A stretch of 64,000 nucleotides of DNA, from assembly GCA_050304755.1 (NCBI GenBank), contig JBNLED010000095.1, positions 7,635 through 71,634 on the forward strand. Direction: 5' to 3'. The position numbers and the translations under genes are program-made. The notes beneath the pieces were generated by a model. The model saw nothing but the letters and a program-made list of their open reading frames with translations, did not search any database and had not been told where the DNA came from. This DNA comes from Polyangia bacterium. GTDB lineage: Bacteria > Myxococcota_A > Polyangia > JAAYKL01. Position 1 is the stretch's first letter. Every line of letters starts with the position of its first letter. This document shows positions 11,252-21,200 of this stretch, piece after piece.

Positions 11252-11575
11252 GTAGTTTTCCTCACCACTCATTTTTTACCTTATTGCAACCTAAACTGGT
11301 TGTCTTTTTGATGGAAGATATTAGGGGTTTCTATACTATCGTCGCTTTGTTTACCGTCCCGTCATTTGAGCGCTTGAACGTCGCGATACCGGTTGGGCTC
11401 CGCGGATTGAACGGTTCGTTCAAGAATTAAGTATTGCCAAGCTCGAGTTTTGTCAAGGTTTTATATAAGAAAAAAAACAAAATAGTGGAGCAATATCGCT
11501 CTATTTGGAGCTTCCGGTGTACAACCCGCTCTTTTTATACAATAATTAAATTTTTGAAAAAGCGAGGGGTCGATA

Positions 11576-12058
11576 ATGATAAAAGAGGCATGCGTTCTCA
11601 CATCTGTATTTATACCCATACTATCCATCACCGCCTGCAAGAATACCGCATCCAATGATTCTCCTGAGAAACGGGACCCGAAGCGCTGCGACTTCGTGGA
11701 TATTGGAGAAGCGGCGGACTTTATAAAAACCAAGATCGTGGATGATCGTCTCGTGGTGGCGCATGGCCTGGCGAATCCCCAGGCGTTGATATGGAAGGAT
11801 GACAGCTCCGGCCGGACCTTCTACCTCGCCCGCGTGCTGGGAACGGAAAAGAAGCTCTACTACCTCAAACCGGTGGCGGACGACGAGACCCCCGGCGTCG
11901 CCTCGGAGTTCAAGGGCCACCTCCTCAAATGGAGCCACCTCGACGCCCGACGCAACGCCCTCCTGACCAACGCGCTGGCCACCCAGTACAACGTCAAGAT
12001 CGACGCTGACAAAACCTACATCATCCTCAGCGGGGATAAACCCGACGGTTGTCCCTGA
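11576..12058 (+). CDS. Hypothetical lipoprotein
   Basis: GAGGGG RBS. Signal peptide with lipobox (LSITAC). No recognised domain. Confidence 0.5.
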   Translation: MIKEACVLTSVFIPILSITACKNTASNDSPEKRDPKRCDFVDIGEAADFIKTKIVDDRLVVAHGLANPQALIWKDDSSGRTFYLARVLGTEKKLYYLKPVADDETPGVASEFKGHLLKWSHLDARRNALLTNALATQYNVKIDADKTYIILSGDKPDGCP

Positions 12059-12059
12059 C

Positions 12060-12205
12060 CCGGGCGAATCGGATAAATTGATGGGCGGAGTAGGAACGGT
12101 CCTTGTGATCGCCCTCTTCCCGGCCCGAGGTCGGGCGAAACAAGATTCGCCCCTACAATCGGGGTCGGGATGGTCGGGCGAAACCAAGATTCGCCCCGGC
12201 GATCG
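12060..12205. repeat. REP-like GC-rich hairpin repeat cluster (locus A), tandem ~50-bp units with core GGGCGAA-loop-TTCGCCC
   Basis: gggcgaaacaagattcgcccctac (12132-12155) and gggcgaaaccaagattcgcccc (12175-12196) form 7-bp stem hairpins. Also gggcgaatcgg (12061) and ccttgtgatcgccc (12101). The same modules occur in inverted orientation at 24815-25025. Confidence 0.6.
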
Positions 12206-12206
12206 G

Positions 12207-15200
12207 CTAGGTCGAGATGGTGATCCCCAAGGTCTCCCGGAGCTTGAAGTACTCCTCTGAGACACTGAAGACTACGAGCTCCTTGATCTTCTCCTTGGGC
12301 GGCATCTCGTCGACTGTAGCGCTCTCCGACTGGACCATCCTGGCGGCGATTTCGAGATCGTTGCACATCAGGAATCCGGCCCGACACCCGGTCAGCTCCA
12401 CGGCGTTGATCCACTTCTTGACGTCGATGTTCTCGCCGGCCTTCAGGAAACGCTTCACGACACTCCCGAGGGCCTCCCGCTCCATGGGCTGCATCCGTCC
12501 CTGGAGCTGCTTGACATACTGGTCCAGGACGCCGGTCCGATCGGCGGGCAGGTTGAAGTCCGGCTTGCCGATCTTGAGCGCCGCGAGGAGCAGCGTCTTG
12601 AGCTCCCCGTGGGTCGGCAGCACCCAGCGGATGTAGTGCTCCGGTCTGTAGTAGTTGAGGTGCTTGGTCACCATGAACAGGAGGTCCTGCGGAGAGTATC
12701 CTGACAACAGGCTCGCACCGCAGACGCTCGCCATCGGTTCCGTGATCGCGAAGTTCAACCCGCCAGCGCTGTCCTCCTGAACGTACAAGTCCGGAGGGAC
12801 TGGGAGGTTCAGGACCTGCGCAGCGTAGAAGAAGGTCTTGGAGAACATCATGGTATCGTTGACCGGTCGCTTCTGCCCCTTCTTCAGACCGAAGGCCTTC
12901 GTGGGCTGCACCTTGTAGGAGCGGACGACATTGGTCACCGCCTCGAGGATCTTCCCGACGAAGATCGACTCGTTCGGATGGAACACATACTTGAACCACT
13001 TCTCATTGTCCAGCCGAGACTGCGCCCGGATCATTCCCTTGGCGCGGTATTGCTCGAAGAACTGCTGCTCGTCGGCGTCCGCCTTTTTGAGGAACGCGAG
13101 GGTCGCGCAGAGACACCACGCTTTGTCATACTGACGGTTGTCGAAGTAGAGCTTGCGCAGCGCCTTGTACGATTCGACCTTGTACGGGTTGTTCTTGATC
13201 ATCCACTGATATTCTTTGACCGCGTCGTCCATGCGGCCCGGCAGCGAGACATAGAGCTCGGCCAGGATCTCGTGCCGTACGACGTTATCGGGATCGAGAT
13301 TGGAGGCCATCTTGAAGGCCTCCGCCGCCGGCTCGAACTGCTGCATGCGCGTCCGATAGATCTCCCCGAGGAAGTGCCACAGGTTGATCTCGAGATCGGG
13401 GCGCCCCGTTCCGGTGATGCGGTGGAGCATCTTCCGGTAGGCCCGCTCCAGGTTCTTCCAGTCCTTGCGCTGCGTGAGGATTCGGTCGATGGCCTCGAAC
13501 GCCTTCAGCTCGGTGATGCTGGCGTCCAGCGAGAGATTGAAGCAGGCCACCGCCTCTTCCGCGTTCTTGATCTCATCGCGATAGATGACCCCCATCGAGT
13601 AGTAGAGCCGTCCGAGCTTCTCCCCGTCCTCCTCCATCTCGGCGACGCGACGGATGATATCCACCACCTTCTGCCACTGTTTGGTGGACTGGTAGAGCGG
13701 GAGCACCTTGTGCAACACCGGCCGGTTGTCCGGATCGATATCGAGGGCTTCGACATAGGCGGAGATGGCCTTCTGCGTGTTGCGGAGCTTCCCCTGCCAG
13801 ATATCCCCTATCTCCACGAGGGTCTCGAACCGCTCCTCTTCGTCGACCGCGTTCAGGAGCTCCTTCTTGAAATGAATCACCTGCTCGAAGTTCTTTCCCG
13901 CGTCATGGAGCTCGATGACCTCCTCGAGGGTCGGCACGTGGCCCGGATCGATCTCCAGCGCCTTGTCGAACATGTTGAGCGCCTTCCGCCGCTCCTTGAC
14001 CTGGGCCTTGATGTGTCCCAACCGATAGAAGATCTCCACGATCTCGGGTTTCCGCTGCTTGTCGCGGTGATGCACCAGCACCATCTGGTAGAACTTGAAC
14101 GCCTTGTCCCAGGTCTCCTTCCTGAAATAGACATCCGCGAGCTTCAGGAGCGTCGGGAGATGCGATGTGTCGGATTCGTATGCCGCCTGATACGCCTTCA
14201 GCGCCTTGTCCAGGTTGCCGACCTTGTCCGCGACGAGCCCGAGCTTGCGTTGCAGAATCTGCGTCTCGCTCGAGGAACGCCGCCCGCCGAGACGCACCAG
14301 CATGTCCAGGAGCGGCTCCGCCTCGGCATACCGCTCTTCCGCGATATAAACATCCACCAGCGGATCCGCAGCGGCCTGGTTGTCGGGATCCGAGGCGAGG
14401 GCCTTCTCGTACCACTCCACCGCGAGCTTCTCCTCACCGAGCTTCCCCGAGTAGAGGGCGCCCAGCTCGTATTGAAGCTTCGAGCGCTTGCGACTGTTAT
14501 CGGTGTACTCCTGTTCCGATTCCAGCGCGCGGGCGCCGGCCACCCAGTCGCCCTCGTCGAGGTATATCTTCCGGAGAGCCTCGAGGGATTGGAGATGCCC
14601 CGGCTCCACGTCCAGCGCGGACCGGAAGTGCTCGACGGCGATCTCCCGGTTCATCAGGTTCTCTTCGTTGATTTTGCCGAGCCGATAGTAGAGGTCGATC
14701 TTTCGGTCGGGATCGTCCACCGTCTGGGCCAGCCGCTCGAGGGTGTCGTGGGCGGCTCCCCAGTCCTCGTTCTGGGCCTGCAGCTGGGCCAGGTTGTCCA
14801 AGGCGTCGATGTGGTCTGGATCGATATCCAGGATCTCCATATACATCTCTATCGCCTTGTCGGCATCCTTGAGCTCGGACGCCCACACGTCACCCATCTG
14901 CTCGTAGAATCCGATCCGATCCATCCGGTCCGGGACGACCTCGATATGGCGCTCGAGGGTCGCGATGAGATCCTGCCATCTCCCGGTCTGTTTATAGATG
15001 CGCTCCAGAGCGTCAAGGGATTCGATCTGCGCGGGGTCAATCTCCAGGATCTCCTCGTAGCGTCCCGCCGCGCGGTCCGGCTTCAGGAACTCCTTCTCGA
15101 GCATCTCCGCGATGCGGCTCAAGAGATCGATCCGCTCCCTTTCGCTGGAGGCGTACTCGAGCTGGATCTCGAGGACATCCATCAGGTCCTGCCAGCGCTC

Positions 15201-18200
15201 GAGCTTATCATACAGGCGCTCCAACCCCTTCAAGGCGGCGACATGGCTCTCCTCGATATCGAGCGCCTTGCGGTATTCGTCGACCGCGGCCTGCGCCTCG
15301 TCAAGGTTGTCCTCGTAAATCTCTCCGATGCGGATGTGGGTGGAGATAATCTCGTCGGGCTCTTCGAGCACCTCGATCTTGCGCCGGAGCACGGTGATGA
15401 GCTCCCGCCAGTTCTCCGACGCGCCGTAGATGCGCTCCAACGCATCGATGGCCTTCTCCAATCCGGGATCCAGCGCGACCGCCTGCTGGAACGCCGTCCG
15501 CGCCTCGGGGATATCCCCCAGGTACTCCTCGTAAACCTCTCCGAGCTCCACCAGCAGGTCTTTTCTCTTCTCGTCTTCCTTCTCGAAGTCGACGGCGCGC
15601 TTCAGCACCTCGACGTACTCGTCCCACTGCTTGTTGGCGCGATAGAGGTGGCCGGTCAGCTGAAGGGCGGTGGCGTTCTCGCTGTCGAGCTGCAACACCC
15701 GCTGATAGCACGCGAGGGCATACTCCGGATTGTCCAGCTTGTCCGCGTACCATTTTCCGATCTTGAGGCAGAGGCTGATCTGGACATCCCGCTTCTCCAC
15801 GGCCGCGAGCACCTGGTTCGCCGCCTGGAGCAGCTCCTCCCACCGCCCGGTAACGGACGCCAGGCGCTCCAGATAGGCGGCGGTATCGTCGTTGACATAG
15901 TCCTCCTGGAAGGCCCGCAGCATGACGACGAACGCGTTGTCCGGCTGCTCCAGCTTCTCTTCGAAGATGTCGGCGACCTTTCTATAGATATCGATCCGTT
16001 GCTCGATATCCTCTATCATTCCCAACCGTCCATAGTAGTACTGATTCAGCTCGTCCCAGTTCTCCTCCTCGGTCTCTATCTCCACGAGCTTCTGGAACGC
16101 GAGGTCGTGGAGCTGATCGACCTCCAGGATACCGATGTACGCCTGCTTGGCCCGCAGCGGCTCGCCGATCTGCTCCTCGAAAACGCTCGCCTGATAGAGG
16201 AGGGTTTCGATGCGTTTCTCCCCTTCCAGGATCTGGGCTTTCTCGCGGAGCAGATCCACCTGATCCTCCCACATCTCCTGGTCCGTGTAGAGCTTCTCCA
16301 GGGCCTCATAGATCTTGAGATCCGAGGGATCGACGTCATAGGCATTCCGCCAGGAGTCGATGGCTTCCAGCGGCTGGTCGAGGATATCGGAGAAGATGGC
16401 GCCCTGTTTGGCGTAGTAGCCCTTGAGCTCTTCTTCTTCGAAGACGCTGGTGCCCACGGTGATGATGGTATCCAAGGTGTTCAGCAGCTGATCCCAGTCC
16501 TTGTTGGCCTCGTGAATCTGGGCGATCGCCTTCAGCGCGGGCATGTTCTCCGGCTCGATGCTGAGCACGTTCTCCCAGTTCTCCAGCGCGTTCTTGTCGC
16601 GCTGCAGGCACTCTCCCCAAACCAGGCCGAGCTGGCTGTAGATCCGCACGCGGGTCTCGTCGTCCTCGGCGACCGTCACCGCCCGATCCAGGATCTCCAC
16701 CAGATCGCTCCAGTTCTCCTGCCGGGCGTGGAGCTCCGCCAGGGATTCGAGCGCGAAGGTGTCCTCCCCCCGAAGCTCCAACACCTTGTTCCAAAGCTCG
16801 GTGGACTGGGGGATGTCGTTCAGGCAGTCCGCCGAGATGGTGGCCAACTTCGAGTAGAGATCCGCGAGCTCCTGCTCGTCATCGGTGCCGTCCTTCATAT
16901 GAGAGTAAATCTCGTAGAGCTCTGACCATGCCTCCTGATCCGCGTAGACGATTTCGAGATGCTCGAGCGCCTCCGAATTGTGAGGATCATATTCATCGAT
17001 GACCCTGTGGAAACACTCCCTGGCCTTCTCGGCATCCCCAATCTCCGTGCTGTAAACGGCCCCCAGCCGGTTGGTGTAGGCGATCTTCTCCTCCACATCC
17101 GGAACAATCTCCGCCAGCTTGAACAGGATACCGGCCAGCCGCTCCCACTCCATGTACTGCGTATAAATCCTGTCGAGCGCCGTGAGCACGTCCAGATCAT
17201 CGCCGCCGTGATCCAGACAGCCGCGATACGCCTGCTCGGCCCGCGCGATATCGCTGAGATGCTCCTCCGCGACAACCGCCAGACGCTTCGCGCAGAGTAT
17301 CTTTATCCCGGGGTCCTCATTCCTGAGGAACAGATCCTGATAGAGATCCGCGAGCTCCACCCACCCGTCGACCGCGCTCGCCAGGCGCTCCACCTCTTCG
17401 CCGGAGCGCTCGTTGAGGGGATCCGCAGAAAAGGCCTTGCAATACCAGTTGAACGCCTCCACCGCGTCCAGCGCGCGCTCCTCCTGGATCTCCGCCATCC
17501 GGTGCATGAGGGACACCATATCGTGGGTGTCCTCGATGTCCTCGAGTTGCGCCTCGTAGAGCCTGACGAGCTTCTCCCATTCTGAGTGCATCCGATAGAT
17601 GGGCTCGAGCACACCAGCAATATCTGTCCGGCGCCCCCCCTCCGCGAAGAGAAACTCCAGCGCGGAAGAGGACGACTCGTGCGCCGGATCCGCGGCGAGG
17701 ATGTCCCGATAGGTCTCGATGGCCTTGTCGATCTGTTGGAGCTCCTGCTGGTAGACCTGCCCCATCCGGAACTGCAGCTCCAGCCCCTCCTCGGGATCCT
17801 CCGCGATGGCGGCCTCCTTCTCGAGGATCTCCGTCAAATCGCCCCAGCGCTCCTGTATATGGAAGAGCCGATCCAGGCACTGCAGGGCCTCGCGGTTCTG
17901 GTCGTCGAACTCCAGCACCTTGCGATAGCGCAGGATCGCCTCGTCCGAGTCGTTCAGCTTCTCTTCATAGATCACACCGGCCTTCAGCCCGATGAGGATC
18001 GCCTGTTCGGCGTCCACGATTTGCTCCAGCTCCTTGTCCATCAGCATCGCCAGATCCTTCCAGCGATCCGTCTGGGAGGCCAGCTCCTCGAGCTTCTCGA
18101 GGGTCCGCTCGTTCGTGCGATCCTCGGCTAGGGCGCGGGCGTAGACGTCGAAGGCTTCTTCGGGGACATCCAGATACAGATCGCTCTCCATCATCTCGGC

Positions 18201-21200
18201 GATCCGGTGGAGGAGCTCCACCTTATCGATCTCGGACTCGGCGTGCCTCAGCTTGACATCGAGGACCTCGATCAGCTTACGCCACTCCCCCATGTCATGG
18301 TAGATGGGCTCGAGCACCTCGGCGGCGAGCATCGCGCCCTCGTCTGTATGGATGAGCTCCTCCAGAATCGCCAGGGAGGGCTCGTGATCCGGCGAGAGCG
18401 TCAGAATCTCCCTGAAATAGTCCACTGCGCGGGAGATGTCGTCGAGGTGTCTTACGTAGAGCTCCCCGACCCTGTACTGGAAGGAGATGGCCTCGTCGGG
18501 ATCTCCCGAGAGCTCTATCCGCCGCTCGAGGATGGAGAGGAGATCGTGCCACTCCTCCTTTTGTGTATAGAGGCAGTCGAGGCGATGCACCGACTGTACA
18601 TCATCCGGATCGAACTCCAACACCCGCTGGTAGGTGGTAATCGCCTTGTCGATGTCCCCCACCTCCTGCTCGTACACCGAGCCGAGGACATAGAGGACCT
18701 CCCGTTTTTCCTCGGAGGTTTCGACGAGATCGACCTTCTTGTTGTAGATTTCTTGCAGATCGTCCCAACGCTCCAGCTTGAGATACAGCGCTTCGATCTG
18801 CGTGATCGCCTGGAGATCGTCCTCGTCTATCTCGAGGATCCGGCGGTAGACCTCTATCGCCTTGTCGATATTCCCCATGTACTCTTCATAGATGCGACTC
18901 GCCTTGAAGAGCATATCCTTCTGTTCTTCAATATCCGCAACTATATCCACCTTCTTCTGATAAATGATCGCGAGATCTTCATAGTTCTCGGTTATCTGGT
19001 AGGCCCCCTCGAGCGCGGTCGCCGCCTCCAGATGCATGGGATCGACCTCGAGCACGGCGCGATAGTGCTTGATTGCGTTGTCCATGTCCTGCAGGTTGTC
19101 CTCGAATACGCGGGCGATCTTGAGATGGTAGTACGCCTTCAAATCGTAGGTGTCGATGGTGTCGACGATCCGAGCGTACAGCGCCGCCAGATCATCATAG
19201 AGGACCAGGATCCGGGCCAGTCGTTCCAGCTCTTCCTGGGTGCTGTCCTCCGCCGGATCAATCGAGAGGGCGCGGCCGAAGGTCGTGAAGGCCCTCTCCG
19301 GATCGTCCCCCTCGGTCTCCCACAGGGCGGCCACCTGATGGAGCAGCTCCACCTTTCGGCCGGCGGAATCCTCGGTGTCCACCATAATCTCGTAGACGTT
19401 GACGAGCTTCTCCCATATCCCCAGCGCTTCATAGATCGGCTGGAGGATATCGGCGACATCGCGACGGAACTCTAGATTCTCGATGATCCCCTCGAGGGCC
19501 TCGATGGCCTTCTCGTTGGAGGCGTCCACGTTGAGCACCTCTCGATAGATCTCTATCGCCGCGCCGATCTGCCCCAGCTGTTTCTCGTTCAGCTCGGCGA
19601 GGCGGAGGTTCAGGGCGATGGTCTCTTCGGCGTCCTCCCCCATGCTGAGCTGGGCCTGCAGGTTGTCGGCGAGATCGGTCCAGCGCTCGAGCTGTCGGAA
19701 GAGCTTGTCCAGCTCCTTCAAGGCCCCCATGTTGGCCGGATCGAACCCCAGGACCTCCTTCAGGCAGGTAATGGCGTCCTCCGGTCGGTCGAGCATCTCC
19801 TCGAAGATCATCGACATCTGGAGATAAATCTGCTCCTTTGCCTCAATATCATCGGTGATCTCCACTTTCGTCTTGTAAATTTCAATCAGTTCATCCCAGC
19901 GCTCGGTGCGATTGTAAATCCCCTCCAGGGCCGCGACCGACTCGCTGTTCTGGGGATCCGCCGCCATCGCCTGGTTGTAGGCGTAGACCGCCTTGTCCAC
20001 ATCGTCCAGCTGTGTCTCGTATATCCGGGCGGCGCGAATCCATAGATCCTTCGCCGTCTGAAGATCGCGGGTCCCCTGCCCTCCTTCCGCCAGCAGATCC
20101 ACCAGCTCGCTCCAGGAATCGAGGATATTCGTAATCTCCTCGAGGCGCTCGAGGGCCTCCGGCTCCGTCGGTCGCTGCTTGAAGGCTCGGGAGTACGCTA
20201 CGAACGCTCTTTCCGGAGACATCAGATTCTCCGAATACAGCGCCCCCTCCCGAATCAGGAGCTCATATCGCTCTAACTCGTCCGTCGCGTGGCGGACCAG
20301 GATCTCCAGAGAACCGACGAGCTTCTCCCACTCCTCGTGTTCCTCGTAGTACAGGGAGAGGACCTTGGCGGCTTCCGCCTGTTGCCCCTCGTCGTCGAGC
20401 ATCGCCTCGAGGGCGCTGACCGCATCGGCGTACTCCGGATCGACCTCCAGGATCTCACGATAGCACTCCATCGCCTTCACGCGGTCATTCAGATGTTGCT
20501 CGGAGACCTGCCCCTGGCGGAACTTGAGCTCGAGCTCGAGCTCCGGTTCGACCATCCCCAGATCCAGCTGTCGCCGGATGACGTCCGACAGATCCGTCCA
20601 CCGCTCCTCGACCAGGTACAGCCGGTCCAGGGAGGACAGCGAGCGGGGGTCATCGCCCGCCATCTCGATGAGCTGATTCAAGACGGTGATGGCCTTCTCG
20701 TTGTCCTTGACCTCTTCTTCCCAGAGCAGCGCCTGATTGTACAGGATCTCCTGCCGCTCGGTGTCATCCTCGGCCATCTCCAACCGACGGGCGTAGATGT
20801 CGAGCAACTCCTCATACCGCCCCATATGGGCGTAGAGCTTCTCGAGCGCAGCCACGGCGCGTTGATTCTTCGGATCCAGGGTCAGGATCTCATCGTAGTA
20901 CTTCAGCGCGTCGTCCCGCTGATTCAGCTCGTCATCGAGAATCCGCGCGATCTTCAGCTTGAGATTGATGCTCGCCGCGTCATCGGCGTCCTCCAGGAGC
21001 GAGCGATAGGTTTCAACGACGGTCTCCCACTCCCCGGTCTTGCCCGCGAGTCGTTCCATGTCCTCACTCGACTGCTCGTCCTCGGGGCTGAGTTCGAACA
21101 CCGAGAGGAACCCCTTGAACGCCCGCCCGGCGTCCCCGATCTCCTCCTCTGCGAGGGTCGCGATGCGCCGGGTCAGCTCTATTTTATCTACGATATCTTC

